NCBI GenBank assembly: GCA_050289605.1
Contig: JBNKGB010000006.1
Span: 9,167 to 73,166, forward strand
Direction: 5' to 3'
DNA length: 64,000 nt
DNA from: Roseibium sp.
GTDB lineage: Bacteria > Pseudomonadota > Alphaproteobacteria > Rhizobiales > Stappiaceae
Of this stretch, positions 23,347 through 33,851 are shown piece after piece; positions within the stretch are counted from its first letter, which is position 1; each line of letters starts with the position of its first letter. The notes under the pieces are model-generated. The model saw only the letters and a list, made by a program, of their open reading frames with translations. It did not search any database and was not told where the DNA came from. Both the position numbers and the translations under genes were made by a program.

Positions 23347-24111
23347 ATGTTGAAATGGGTGACCACGCTGCTTGCCACCGCTTTCCTCGCCATGCCTGTA
23401 GCAGCGCAGGAAGGCCTTCAGATCAGGGACATTGAGAAAGGCACGGGCGAAGAGGCCAATGTCGGTGAAACCGTCATCGTGCATTACACGGGATGGCTGA
23501 TGGACGGCACCAAGTTCGATTCCAGCGTCGACCGCGGCACCCCCTTCTCCTTCACCCTTGGCGAGCGCCGCGTGATCCCCGGATGGGAAAAGGGCGTCGA
23601 AGGCATGCAGGTCGGCGGCAAGCGCGAACTGATCATTCCCCCGGACATGGCCTATGGAGCCCAGGGCGCCGGCGGCGTCATTCCGCCGAACGCGACGCTG
23701 AAATTCGAGATCGAACTGCTCGAGGTCCGGGGCAAGAAGTTCTCCGACATCGGCAACGATGAGCTGAAGGCGAAACTGACGGCGGGCACCACCCTCATCG
23801 ATATTCGCAGACCGGACGAATGGAAGGCGACCGGCGTCATTCCGGGAAGTCACCTCGTCACCTTCTTCGACACCGGCGGTAAGGTGAACCCGAATTTCGG
23901 CGCGGAACTCAAGAAACTGATTTCAGGACCTGCCGACGAGATCGTCATCTTGTGTCGGAGCGGCAACCGCAGCCAGATGCTGTCCGAATACCTGGCCGGT
24001 CAGGCGGGCTTCACCAACGTTATCAACGTCGAAAAGGGCATCTCGAGCTGGATCGAGAACGGTGGCGAGGTCACCGCACCGGAACTGCCCGAGAACTGCT
24101 GGCTCTGCTGA
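23347..24111 (+). CDS. exported FKBP-type peptidyl-prolyl isomerase fused to a rhodanese domain
   Basis: Signal peptide; VHYTGWL.DG.KFDSS, VIPGWE.G and IPPNATL.FEIELL; then LIDIRRPDEW and CRSGNRS. Confidence 0.88.
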   Translation: MLKWVTTLLATAFLAMPVAAQEGLQIRDIEKGTGEEANVGETVIVHYTGWLMDGTKFDSSVDRGTPFSFTLGERRVIPGWEKGVEGMQVGGKRELIIPPDMAYGAQGAGGVIPPNATLKFEIELLEVRGKKFSDIGNDELKAKLTAGTTLIDIRRPDEWKATGVIPGSHLVTFFDTGGKVNPNFGAELKKLISGPADEIVILCRSGNRSQMLSEYLAGQAGFTNVINVEKGISSWIENGGEVTAPELPENCWLC

Positions 24112-24141
24112 TTCGGCATTTGGCGACCGCCTGCCGAGGCA

Positions 24142-25542
24142 CTATCTCTCGAGCGGCGGCATCCGGTTCCAGGCATCCAGCGCCGCGATCTTGTAGGCCT
24201 CTGCAAGGGTCGGGTAGTTGAAGGTGTTTTCAACGAAATATTCCAGCGTGCCGCGCAGGTTCAGGACCGCCTGGCCAATATGGACCAGTTCCGTCGCTCC
24301 CTCGCCCACGATGTGGCAGCCGAGCAGCCGCCGGGTCTTCAGCGAGAAGATCATCTTCAGCATTCCGGTTTCCAGCCCCATGATGTGCCCGCGCGAGGTC
24401 TCCCGGAACCGGGCGACGCCGCATTCATAGGGAATGCCGCGCTCCTTGATCTCCTCCTCGGTCATGCCGACCGTCGAGATCTCCGGAACGGCATAGATGC
24501 CATAGGGGAAATATTCCGGCGGATCGTAGGCCTTCTCGCCGAGCGCCTGACAGGCGGCAATGCGTCCCTGTTCCATCGACGTCGAAGCAAGACTCGGAAA
24601 GCCGATGACGTCACCGGCGGCATAGATATGCGGAACGCTGGTCTGAAAGGTCATCGGATCGACGGCAAGGCGACCTCGGTGGTCGACCTCAAGGCCGCAG
24701 GCGTCGAGGTTGAGCGACGGCGTCGCTCCCATGCGACCAGCCGCAAAGAGGATGACGTTCGAGCGAACGCTGCGCCCGCCCTCGAGCTTGATTTCGCAAT
24801 TTGCGGGCCCGTGCTTCTCGATCTTTTCCACCTTGCTTCCGAACCGCAGGGCGATGCCCCGGTCCCGGAGCTGGTGCGTGAAATCGGCAACGAGTTCCTT
24901 GTCCAGGAAGTCGAGCATGGAATTGCGCGGCTCGATCAGGGTGACGTGGACATCGAGCGCGGAAAAGATCGAGGCGTATTCGACGCCGATAACGCCGGCA
25001 CCTATCACCGCGATGGATCGCGGCAGGTCCTTCAGTTCCAGAATTTCGTCGCTGTCGAGAACGAACTCGCCGTCAAAGGGAACATAGTCCGGGCGGAATG
25101 GCCTGGTTCCAACCGTGATGATGTATTTCTCCGCCTTGAAGGTCTGCAGCTCGCCGGTTTCGCTGAGCACCTCGATCTCATGCGTGTCGACGAACCGGGC
25201 CTCGCCGCGAAGGGTATCCACCTTGTTGCGGGCGAACTGGTGTTCCAGAACCTCGACTTCGTGGTCCAGCGTAATGTGAAGGCGTGCCCTGAGGTCGGCG
25301 GCGGAAATATCCTGCTTGACCCGGTAGGATCGGCCGTAGAAACCACGCTCGCGCCATCCGGTCAGGTTGAGAACAGTCTCGCGCAAGGTCTTGGAGGGAA
25401 TCGTTCCGGTATGTACGGAGACGCCGCCGACGCGCCGGCCCCGTTCCACCACCAGGACGCTGCGCCCGAATTTCGCCGCCTGGATCGCCGCCCTGCGGCC
25501 TGCCGGTCCGCTGCCGATCACGATCAGATCGTAGTGTTCCAT
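24142..25542 (-). CDS. sthA: soluble pyridine nucleotide transhydrogenase
   Basis: IGSGPAG, HTGTIPSKTLRE and FNYPTLAEAYKIAALD motifs. Confidence 0.94.
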   Translation of the reverse strand: MEHYDLIVIGSGPAGRRAAIQAAKFGRSVLVVERGRRVGGVSVHTGTIPSKTLRETVLNLTGWRERGFYGRSYRVKQDISAADLRARLHITLDHEVEVLEHQFARNKVDTLRGEARFVDTHEIEVLSETGELQTFKAEKYIITVGTRPFRPDYVPFDGEFVLDSDEILELKDLPRSIAVIGAGVIGVEYASIFSALDVHVTLIEPRNSMLDFLDKELVADFTHQLRDRGIALRFGSKVEKIEKHGPANCEIKLEGGRSVRSNVILFAAGRMGATPSLNLDACGLEVDHRGRLAVDPMTFQTSVPHIYAAGDVIGFPSLASTSMEQGRIAACQALGEKAYDPPEYFPYGIYAVPEISTVGMTEEEIKERGIPYECGVARFRETSRGHIMGLETGMLKMIFSLKTRRLLGCHIVGEGATELVHIGQAVLNLRGTLEYFVENTFNYPTLAEAYKIAALDAWNRMPPLER

Positions 25543-25929
25543 GTGCCCCTCGTCGCTGGCGCCGCGTCTTCATGCCCGATTCTTCATGCATCCGGTTGCG
25601 GGCCCTGTTCTTGCCGCGACGCAAAAACAGCATCTTTGCCCCGAGGTCAAGGTAACAGACCGGAAACACCCGGTTTGTTCAAAAAACGGCAAAAAGCTTT
25701 TGTATTCTTTCGCTACTCCTGGGCGGTCGGAAATGAATCGAGGTCGCACGTGGCAGGATGGATTGCGGCATTGCATGGTTTGCTGGTTGCCGCCTTCCCT
25801 ATTCTAGCTTCCGCCGCAAACGCACCGGCGCTGGTCATCGCAGCGGACGAAAGGTGCCCGGTCCTTCCGGCGAAGATCCGGCACAAAAAGCCGTTGCCTT
25901 CCCCCTCACCTTCCGTTATGGCTTTGCCC

Positions 25930-25977
25930 ATGAACATGAACCTGAAAGCAGCTTGGTGGTGGCGCGGCGCGAAATAG
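25930..25977 (+). CDS. trpL: trp attenuator leader peptide (MNMNLKAAWWWRGAK)
   Basis: 15 codons with three tandem TGG, upstream of trpE(G). Confidence 0.88.
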   Translation: MNMNLKAAWWWRGAK

Positions 25978-26064
25978 GCGGCCAGCGATCAGTCATGCTC
26001 TGAACGGATCACAGAACACACCAAGGCCGCCGCGGGATACCGCTGGCGGCCTTGGTGCTTTATA
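25930..26064 (+). promoter_or_regulatory. trp transcription attenuator
   Basis: GGCGGCC (25977-25983) can pair with GGCCGCC (26025-26031) as an antiterminator; terminator stem CACCAAGGCCGCC/GGCGGCCTTGGTG spans 26019-26057. Confidence 0.85.
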
Positions 26065-26113
26065 AGGCTGTCGGTTTCCTCAAGACGGCCACCAGAACGG
26101 GAACGAAAAGACC

Positions 26114-28300
26114 ATGCCAGTGCTGGCGGATCAAACCTTTGAAACGGCTGGCGGGATCACCATCCTGCGAACCTCCCGCGCCTCGGACTACGATACCGGC
26201 ACCTCCGACTGGATCGACAGGCTGGACGCGGAACTCGGGGCGGTCCTGTCCTCGTCTTACGAATATCCCGGCCGCTACACACGTTGGGACATGGCCCTGG
26301 TCAATCCGCCGCTCGTGCTCGAGGCTTGCGACCGGCACGTCGAGATCCGGGCTCTGAACGAGCGCGGCAAGGTCTTGATCCCCGCCATCACCAAAGCCCT
26401 CAAGACACACGAGGATGTGGAGACGTTCGCAGCCTCCGGCGAGAAAATCGAACTGACGGTGAAACGGCAGGACCGTCCCTTCCGCGAGGAAGAGCGCTCC
26501 CGGCAGCCGTCGACGTTTTCCATCGTGCGTGCCCTGAAAAACCTTTTTGCGTGCGGAGACGACCAGCTCGGGCTCTATGGTGCCTTTGGCTATGACGTCG
26601 CCTTCCAGTTCGAGCCGATTGACCTGAAACTGAAGCGTCCAGACGACCAGCGCGACGTGGTCCTGTTCCTGCCCGACGAGATCCTGATCGTCGACCACCA
26701 TGGCAAGCGCGCCTATGTGCTGGAGTATGATTTTGTCGTGAACGGTGTCTCTACCCGCGGTCTGGAACGCAGCGGCGAGAAAAACCAGTACACTCCGGCG
26801 AACCAGGATCCGGGCCGGGGCGATCACGAAAAGGGCGAATACGCCAAGCTTGTCGACAAGGCCAAGGACTATTTCCGCCGCGGCGACCTGTTCGAAACCG
26901 TTCCCGGCCAGACTTTCTACGAGCCCTGCGCCAACCCGCCTTCGGCCGTCTCCCGGCGTCTCGCCCAGATCAACCCCTCCCCCTATTCCTTCTTCTTCAA
27001 CCTGGGCAACCGGGAATATCTCGTCGGTGCGTCGCCGGAAATGTATGTGCGCGTTTCCGGTGGACGGCGCGTGGAGACCTGCCCGATCTCCGGCACCATC
27101 CGGCGCGGCAAGAACGCCATCGAGGACGAGGCGCAGATCCGCAAGCTCCTGAATTCGGCCAAGGACGAAGCGGAACTGACCATGTGTTCCGACGTCGACC
27201 GGAACGACAAGAGCCGGGTCTGCGAACCCGGATCCGTCAAGGTCATCGGCCGTCGCCAGATCGAGATGTATTCCCGGCTGATCCACACCGTGGACCATAT
27301 CGAGGGAACGCTGCGGGAGGACATGGACGCGCTCGATGCCTTTCTGTCCCACACCTGGGCGGTCACGGTTACCGGTGCGCCGAAACGATGGGCGATGCAA
27401 TTCATCGAGGACCATGAAAAGTCCCCTCGTGCCTGGTACGGCGGCGCGATCGGCGCGGTGCTCTTCAATGGCGACATGAACACCGGCCTGACACTCCGAA
27501 CCGTGCGCATCAAGGACGGTACGGCTCAGATCCGCGCCGGGGCGACACTGCTCTATGACAGCGTGCCGGAAGACGAGGAAGCCGAAACCGAATTGAAGGC
27601 TGAGGCCATGCGCGCAGCGGTTCGAGAAGCCGGTCTTGCGGTCAAGGGGGCCGAAAAGCAGGACGTCAGGAAACCCGGCAAGGGCATGAAGATCCTGCTG
27701 GTCGATCACGAAGACAGTTTCGTGCACACACTTGCGAATTATTTCCGCCAGACCGGCGCGGAAGTCGTCACCTACCGCACGCCCGTCGCCGATCATGTCT
27801 TCCACGACGTCGCCCCGGATCTGGTCGTCCTGTCGCCCGGCCCGGGCAATCCGAAGGATTTCGACTGCGCGGCGACCATCGGCCGGGCGCGGTCACGCGC
27901 CCTGCCGATCTTCGGCGTCTGCCTCGGCCTGCAGGCCTTGTCCGAATATTTCGGGGCCGAACTCGGCCAGCTGGACATTCCGATGCACGGCAAGCCCTCG
28001 CCGATTTCGGTTTCCGGCAATTCCCTGCTGTTCGAAGGGCTGAACGCTCCGGTCATCGTCGGCCGTTACCATTCGCTCTTCGCCAAACGCGAGACGCTCC
28101 CCGGCGACATTCGCGTGACCGCGGAAACCGATGACGGCGTCGTCATGGCGATCGAACACGAGACGGAAGCCATTGCAGCCGTCCAGTTCCACCCGGAATC
28201 GATCATGTCTCTGGACCAGGATGCGGGCCACAAGATCATCGAAAACGTGGTGACCCGGCTGGTCGAAGCCAAGCAGATCCAGACAGCGGAAGCGGTCTAA
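26114..28300 (+). CDS. trpE: fused anthranilate synthase TrpE(G)
   Basis: [23 protein letters not shown]; C-terminal glutamine amidotransferase with SPGPG, GVCLG and QFHPES. Confidence 0.96.
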   Translation: MPVLADQTFETAGGITILRTSRASDYDTGTSDWIDRLDAELGAVLSSSYEYPGRYTRWDMALVNPPLVLEACDRHVEIRALNERGKVLIPAITKALKTHEDVETFAASGEKIELTVKRQDRPFREEERSRQPSTFSIVRALKNLFACGDDQLGLYGAFGYDVAFQFEPIDLKLKRPDDQRDVVLFLPDEILIVDHHGKRAYVLEYDFVVNGVSTRGLERSGEKNQYTPANQDPGRGDHEKGEYAKLVDKAKDYFRRGDLFETVPGQTFYEPCANPPSAVSRRLAQINPSPYSFFFNLGNREYLVGASPEMYVRVSGGRRVETCPISGTIRRGKNAIEDEAQIRKLLNSAKDEAELTMCSDVDRNDKSRVCEPGSVKVIGRRQIEMYSRLIHTVDHIEGTLREDMDALDAFLSHTWAVTVTGAPKRWAMQFIEDHEKSPRAWYGGAIGAVLFNGDMNTGLTLRTVRIKDGTAQIRAGATLLYDSVPEDEEAETELKAEAMRAAVREAGLAVKGAEKQDVRKPGKGMKILLVDHEDSFVHTLANYFRQTGAEVVTYRTPVADHVFHDVAPDLVVLSPGPGNPKDFDCAATIGRARSRALPIFGVCLGLQALSEYFGAELGQLDIPMHGKPSPISVSGNSLLFEGLNAPVIVGRYHSLFAKRETLPGDIRVTAETDDGVVMAIEHETEAIAAVQFHPESIMSLDQDAGHKIIENVVTRLVEAKQIQTAEAV

Positions 28301-28306
28301 TTTCCG

Positions 28307-28341
28307 GGGCGGTCGAATGCGAAGTTCGACCGCCCTTTTTC
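28307..28341 (+). terminator. intrinsic terminator after trpE(G)
   Basis: GGGCGGTCGAA...TTCGACCGCCC followed by a T run. Confidence 0.8.
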
Positions 28342-28414
28342 CTGTCGCAAGTCCAAGGATGGGCTGAAAATTCGTACAGGACACGGGCCTATGCACCCGG
28401 GCGCCTCAGTCCGC

Positions 28415-28981
28415 TCACTCTTCCGCCAGTTTTCTTGCAGCGACAGCGGCCGCTTCGGCGTAGGACCGGTCGCCATGCAAAAGGATCATGGCAAGGCAAC
28501 CCTCGACCAGCAGCATGGCGTGACACGCCAGTTGCCGCGAGTCCTTCGCCCCTCTCCCGGCCAATTCCTGTTCCAGCCAGTTCTCGACCGCCAGCTTGTG
28601 CCGATGCGCGGCGCGACGTGCCGGATGGCCGGGCATATCGGCAAGTTCCATCGTCAGACGGGTAAATCCGGAGCCGAGCCAGTTCGGTCCCGCGGCCCAG
28701 GTTCCGAGTGCCTCGAAAAGACTCGCGAGATAGTCCGAGGGCTTTGCCTCCGATGATTTTGCCCACCCCCTGATACGGTCCAGCGCAAGCAGGTGCTGGC
28801 GCTCGAGAACAGCGGCGACCAGCGCGTCCTTGCTGTCAAAGTGGTAACAGAGGGTGCGTTTCGTGACACCAGCCGCCTGCGCGATCGCGTCCATGCTGAC
28901 TCGTGCGAACCCTTCGCGGTAGAGCAATCCGTAAGCTGATGCGAAGATGCGGTCGACCGTGTCGTTCGAAGTGCGGGACAT
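28415..28981 (-). CDS. TetR-family regulator
   Basis: GFARVSMDAIAQAAGVTKRTLCYHFDSKDAL HTH. Confidence 0.9.
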   Translation of the reverse strand: MSRTSNDTVDRIFASAYGLLYREGFARVSMDAIAQAAGVTKRTLCYHFDSKDALVAAVLERQHLLALDRIRGWAKSSEAKPSDYLASLFEALGTWAAGPNWLGSGFTRLTMELADMPGHPARRAAHRHKLAVENWLEQELAGRGAKDSRQLACHAMLLVEGCLAMILLHGDRSYAEAAAVAARKLAEE

Positions 28982-28982
28982 C

Positions 28983-29015
28983 GTCAAATGTATACTCATA
29001 AGTGAATTCATTGAC
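28983..29015. promoter_or_regulatory. imperfect palindrome, candidate TetR operator
   Basis: GTCAAATGTATACTCATAAGTGAATTCATTGAC between the divergent tetR and racemase genes. Confidence 0.5.
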
Positions 29016-29068
29016 ATCGGATTTTTCGGCAAACTCGGCTTGGACTCCCCGGCAGGAAGGACAAAGTC

Positions 29069-30151
29069 ATGAGCGACGGAATTCCTATCGTTACCGATAT
29101 AACCGCACGCGCTGTAATCGCGCCGCTGGCGCGCCCTATCAAGACGTCGGTGGGAGAAATTCCGGCCGCACCACTGGTCCTGATCGACATCGCCACCGAC
29201 ATCGGCGTCATCGGCCGGGCCTATCTGTTCGGCTATACGCCGAAGACCCTGCGCCCGCTGGTGTCGCTCCTTTCGGAGCTTGAGGATCTTTTCGTCGGTA
29301 AGCCGGTCTCTCCGGTGGGCCGCATGAGGGACGCCTGCGCCACTTTTCGTCTTCTCGGCCGGCAGGGACTTCTCGGCATGGCGCTTTCCGGGGTCGATAT
29401 GGCCCTGTGGGATGCTCTGGGAAAGGCGCAGGACCTGCCTGTATCCCGTCTCCTTGGAGGGGACTGCCCGGCAATCCCCGCCTATGACAGTTATGGAATA
29501 GTCGATCCGGACCGTGATGCGGATGACCTGGAAAGGTCCCTCAAACAGGGTTTCAGGGCTATCAAGACAAAGCTCGGCGGAGAGTCACTGGCCGCCGACG
29601 TCGCCATTGTCGGGCGCGTGCGCGAAATCATCGGCACGGAAACGCGTTTCATGGTCGACTACAATCAGTCGCTGACGGTCCCGGAGGCGATCCGCCGAAT
29701 AAAACGCCTCGAGGAATTCGGGCTCGAGTGGGTCGAGGAACCGGTTCCGGCTGAAGACCTTGGCGGGCACGCAATGGTACGGAACGCCTGTGATACGGCC
29801 ATCCAGACGGGAGAAAACTGGTGGTTCCCGGAAAATGTCGCACTGGCCATTTCCAGCGGTGCAAGCGATTTCGCGATGCTTGATCTCATGAAGATTGGCG
29901 GCATTTCCGGCTGGATACGAGCCTCGGGACAGGCCGAGGGAGCCTCGCTCCCCGTTTCCAGCCATCTCTTCATTGAGGCGAGTGCCCACGCTCTCGCCGT
30001 AACCCCGACCGCTCATTATCTTGAATACCTCGACGTGGCGGGAACTGTTCTGAAATCACCTATGGAAGTCGAGGATGGCTGCCTGCGAGCGCAAGGACCA
30101 GGATTGGGTATCGAGTGGGACGAGGACGCGGTCACCCGCTACAGGCCATAG
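29069..30151 (+). CDS. mandelate racemase-like enolase-superfamily enzyme
   Basis: AYDS, KTK, MVDYNQ, WVEEP, GENW, MKIGG, SSHLF and TPTAH motifs match those recalled for mandelate racemase. Confidence 0.85.
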   Translation: MSDGIPIVTDITARAVIAPLARPIKTSVGEIPAAPLVLIDIATDIGVIGRAYLFGYTPKTLRPLVSLLSELEDLFVGKPVSPVGRMRDACATFRLLGRQGLLGMALSGVDMALWDALGKAQDLPVSRLLGGDCPAIPAYDSYGIVDPDRDADDLERSLKQGFRAIKTKLGGESLAADVAIVGRVREIIGTETRFMVDYNQSLTVPEAIRRIKRLEEFGLEWVEEPVPAEDLGGHAMVRNACDTAIQTGENWWFPENVALAISSGASDFAMLDLMKIGGISGWIRASGQAEGASLPVSSHLFIEASAHALAVTPTAHYLEYLDVAGTVLKSPMEVEDGCLRAQGPGLGIEWDEDAVTRYRP

Positions 30152-30351
30152 CCTTTGAACGTCGTCTGCGAATTGAAGCGGAAACGGATACCGGCTGAAC
30201 AGGATCCCGTGCCTGCCTTGCCGCGAAAGGCGCGCGATTCACCTTGATCTGAAATTTCCGGTTGAAATCGGTCGCGTTTGCCACACTCCCTGTGGCATAA
30301 AGCGCGAGATTGCCTATCTCGATAGTTGTTTGGATCAAGGACTACCCGCCC

Positions 30352-30876
30352 GTGCATATTCTTCTCGCCGCCCTTGGGATACTTGCTGCCGCAGCCTTTT
30401 GGATCTACCGGGTCCGACAGGTTGCAGATCACACACGCACCGTTCTGGATGCCGCCCAGGACGTGAAGGCGGCCGCACGCCGCTTCGGTTTCCGCACGCG
30501 TGCCAACCAGCACCCGACGGAAGGCGTCGACGATCCACGCGTGACCGGCGCGGCCCTTCTGATCCTGGTCGCGGAAATCGATGGCGGGGTCTCCCGGGCC
30601 GAGCAGGACTGCATCCTTGAACAGCTGCAATCCGTTTTCGAATTGCCCGCCTTCGATGCCGAAGAACTCTATCTCTTTGCGAAATGGCTTGCCAGCCAGA
30701 GCACCAATCCCGAAGACATGATCCGGCGGCTGATCAAGCGCACGGTCTCCCTCGGCGGGCGCGATACGCTTCCCGACATGATGAAGATGGTCACTGCCGT
30801 CGGCAAGGCAGATACCGGAACGCTGACGGACGATACCTTGCAGGTGATACAAAAACTGAAGCAGCTATCCGCTTGA
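30352..30876 (+). CDS. membrane-anchored TerB-like domain protein
   Basis: N-terminal TM helix; VAEIDGGVSRAEQ and VGKADTG repeats resemble TerB/DjlA N-terminal domains. Confidence 0.6.
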   Translation: MHILLAALGILAAAAFWIYRVRQVADHTRTVLDAAQDVKAAARRFGFRTRANQHPTEGVDDPRVTGAALLILVAEIDGGVSRAEQDCILEQLQSVFELPAFDAEELYLFAKWLASQSTNPEDMIRRLIKRTVSLGGRDTLPDMMKMVTAVGKADTGTLTDDTLQVIQKLKQLSA

Positions 30877-31072
30877 AACTTAGCCGGAGAAGGACCCTTT
30901 TCCCGTATTCCGTCAACGGCTTGACAACACTGTTCCCAATTGCTGACGGTTCATGCGCATATGAAAGTTGATTAAAGAGACGCAAGCGGGTTCTATGGAA
31001 ATCCTTGGCCCAATCGGCCGTCAGGACAAGACGAAAACAACAACCTGATTATCCGGGCTTCAGGGAGAGACC

Positions 31073-32008
31073 ATGCCAATCAGCACCTACAGGAACCGCA
31101 CGCCGCTTGCGAAGCTGTGGCTTGCCTCCTGCGCGGTGCTAACAGGTGTCTTCACGGCAGCCATCTTGCACATGCATGCGCCTGCCCGAGCCGAAGAAAC
31201 TGCGGACCTCAAGAACCACATCCTTGCCATAGGCGATTGCCCGCCCTGGAAACCCCAATCGGTGGAAGTGTGCCGCCATAGCATCGAAAAGGTGATGGCG
31301 ACACTCGCGCCAAGGCTGACGGCAAGGCCGGAGAACCTTCATGTGCTGGTCAACGAGGGCGCCAGCGCGGCGGCGCTGAAGCGCAAGGCGACCGAACTCG
31401 CCAACCGGCTGGGACCGGACGACCGGCTGGTCATATACGTCAACCTGCCCCTGGGAACCGCGGAGGGACACGCCGACGACGGCGCTGCCGGATATGTTCT
31501 CGAGCTGTGGTCTGATCAGAAACCCGAAACGGCGAAGGGTGCCGTGGGCGACGGCACCTGGATCACCGCCCCCGCCTTTGCGGCCATGATCCATGCAATC
31601 CCTGCCGGTGAAGTCGTCCTGGTCCTGGACACCAACAACTCGCATGCCATCAACCTGCAACTCCTGGAAAATCACACAGCGGATATCAAGGAGCGTCCGG
31701 AAGCTCTCGTGTCCTCATCGGGCGTCGGCCAGTCGGCGAATTATTCGGAAGACAGGACGATCTCTTTGTTCGCCAAGCATCTTGCCGCGGCAATGAGCGA
31801 AACCGACGGCAGCCTGATGGACGTCCTGCAGGCCGCCGCCAGCGGAACCCGACAGGCAGCCATTCCGATCTGCGCAGCGCTGAAGGAAAAAAACGGCCAG
31901 GCGGACCATGCCGTGACCGACTGCAATCAGGTTCCGGAAATCTATGATCCGTCGGAGATCCTGAACAGGGTCCAGTTGCCCCCTCTGCCGGAGCAGATGC
32001 AGAACTGA
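31073..32008 (+). CDS. exported caspase-fold (peptidase C14-like) protein lacking the catalytic dyad
   Basis: Signal peptide ending ARA; motif order ILAIG, VLVNE.AS, DRLVIY, VVLVLD, GQSA, SLFAKHL, QVP. Confidence 0.6.
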   Translation: MPISTYRNRTPLAKLWLASCAVLTGVFTAAILHMHAPARAEETADLKNHILAIGDCPPWKPQSVEVCRHSIEKVMATLAPRLTARPENLHVLVNEGASAAALKRKATELANRLGPDDRLVIYVNLPLGTAEGHADDGAAGYVLELWSDQKPETAKGAVGDGTWITAPAFAAMIHAIPAGEVVLVLDTNNSHAINLQLLENHTADIKERPEALVSSSGVGQSANYSEDRTISLFAKHLAAAMSETDGSLMDVLQAAASGTRQAAIPICAALKEKNGQADHAVTDCNQVPEIYDPSEILNRVQLPPLPEQMQN

Positions 32009-32014
32009 TCCGGT

Positions 32015-33175
32015 TCAGCCGACCCTGGTGGCCGTCGCCAGAAACTCGATCATCTCGTTCCTGAGGCGCTGCAGATCGGTTTCCTGCTCCTGCAATTGCC
32101 CGGCGGCAACGACAACCCTTTCACTCACCTGCTTGGTCCGGGTGGTTGCTTCCTGCACGCCCGAGATGCTTCTGGTCACGTCGGTGGCCCCCGTCGCGGC
32201 TTCCTCGACATTGTGGGCGATTTCGCTGGTCGCGGACGTCTGCTGCTCGACGGCACTTGCTATGGCTGCGGAGATCTCACTGACGTTTTCGATCGCCTCG
32301 CTGATCTGGGCGTTGGCGTCAACGGCCTTGGAGGTCGCCTCCTGAAGGCCGGAAATCTGGGCGTTGATCTCGTCCGTGGCGCTTGCGGTCTGCCCGGCCA
32401 AAGCCTTCACTTCCTGGGCAACAATGGCAAAGCCCTTGCCCATTTCGCCGGCTCGTGCCGCCTCGATCGTGGCGTTCAGCGCCAGGAGGTTGGTCTGGGC
32501 GGCGATATCGTTGATGAGCTGGACGACCTCGCCGATCTTCATGGACATGTTGGAAAGACCCTCGATCTCCACGTTCATGGCCCGTGATTTGGTCACGGCG
32601 CCCGACGAGATTTCCGCCGCCGTCACGACCTGCCGGTTGATCTCGGCGATCGAGCTGGTCAGCTCCTCGGTGGAGGCGGCGACATTCTGCATGTTGGCTG
32701 AGGCTTCTTCCGCACCTGAGGCCACGACAAGCGACAGTTCGTTCGCCCTGTTGCAGGCTTCCGCCACGTCCGTGGAAACGGAATTGAGCTCGGTGATCGA
32801 CTCGCTCACCGACCCGACCACCTTCTGCAGCCTGCTCTCGAATTCATTGGCGATCTCACAGAACTGGTCGTGTTTTCCCTTGATGGACCATGTCGCCTCG
32901 TTGATGCTGCGCGCTGCGGCGCCGAAACTGCCGACCATGCCCTTTTCGGCAATCAGACGAAAATGCTGGTTCCGGCTGACATAATCCAGACACGCCTTGG
33001 ATTCGCGAAGATAGGCATCAGTGCGGTCGATCAGGAGGTTGATGGCATGCATCAGCTCCGCCGCCTCGCCCGTCTCGGTTATGTTGGTAATGCGAGCTTC
33101 AAAATCACCGTCCGCAACGGCCTTGCAGACGTTGATCGCCTTTCTGAGCGACGATTTTCTCAATCCTGAAAACAT
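32015..33175 (-). CDS. soluble methyl-accepting chemotaxis protein (HAMP + signalling domain)
   Basis: [33 protein letters not shown]; no hydrophobic TM segment. Confidence 0.92.
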   Translation of the reverse strand: MFSGLRKSSLRKAINVCKAVADGDFEARITNITETGEAAELMHAINLLIDRTDAYLRESKACLDYVSRNQHFRLIAEKGMVGSFGAAARSINEATWSIKGKHDQFCEIANEFESRLQKVVGSVSESITELNSVSTDVAEACNRANELSLVVASGAEEASANMQNVAASTEELTSSIAEINRQVVTAAEISSGAVTKSRAMNVEIEGLSNMSMKIGEVVQLINDIAAQTNLLALNATIEAARAGEMGKGFAIVAQEVKALAGQTASATDEINAQISGLQEATSKAVDANAQISEAIENVSEISAAIASAVEQQTSATSEIAHNVEEAATGATDVTRSISGVQEATTRTKQVSERVVVAAGQLQEQETDLQRLRNEMIEFLATATRVG

Positions 33176-33218
33176 ACGGCATTTCCCAAAGCTGTAGACC
33201 GATCACCCTGCTCAAATT

Positions 33219-33770
33219 TCAACGGAACCCACGACGCCGGCCTTGCCCGATGGTGGCCACGAACTCGTCGTACTCCACGCCGGCGTCCGCCAGCACGTTC
33301 AGCACCATCTGCTCCCCGGCAAACATTCCGTCCTTCCGGCTGGCGTGCCTTGCCTCTTCTTCGCGCAGGCCCTGATAGAGAGGGACGATGTGCTCATCGA
33401 CGATTTCCCTGTCCGGAACCCGGCGATTGGAATGATAACCGATGATTTTGCCGGCCTTGTCGAAGCTTGGCGTCACATGCGCGTAGACCCAATAGTGATC
33501 GCCGTTCTTGGCGCGATTGATGACATAGGCGAAGATTTCCTGCCCGGCCTCGATCGTCTGCCACAGCAGCTTGAACACGCAACGCGGCATCGCCGGGTGC
33601 CGGATCATGCTATGGGGCTGCCCCAAAACTTCCTTTTCCGTATACCCTGCAATATTGAGGAAAACCCGGTTCGCATAGGTAATACGCCCCTTCAGATCAG
33701 TCTTGCTGACGATTATTTCATCGTCACCAAATGTTCTCTCAACACCGGTCAGAAATACTGCCTTGGCCAT
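33219..33770 (-). CDS. stand-alone Aer-type PAS (FAD) sensor
   Basis: IVSKTDLKGRITYAN, HSMIRHPAMP..F..LW and NRAKNGDHYWV motifs. Confidence 0.88.
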   Translation of the reverse strand: MAKAVFLTGVERTFGDDEIIVSKTDLKGRITYANRVFLNIAGYTEKEVLGQPHSMIRHPAMPRCVFKLLWQTIEAGQEIFAYVINRAKNGDHYWVYAHVTPSFDKAGKIIGYHSNRRVPDREIVDEHIVPLYQGLREEEARHASRKDGMFAGEQMVLNVLADAGVEYDEFVATIGQGRRRGFR

Positions 33771-33851
33771 GAGCAAAAACCGCGCTACGTATTGTTACTT
33801 ATGAAGGAAGTCCACTACTGTGTCTTCGTAGTTATCTGTGTCACGGCACTC

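Noticed and set aside
24280-25977. 565-aa ORF ending in WWWRGAK
   Set aside because: Antisense to sthA; only the last 15 codons (trpL) are credible.
26060-27805. 581-aa minus-strand ORF
   Set aside because: Antisense shadow of trpE(G).
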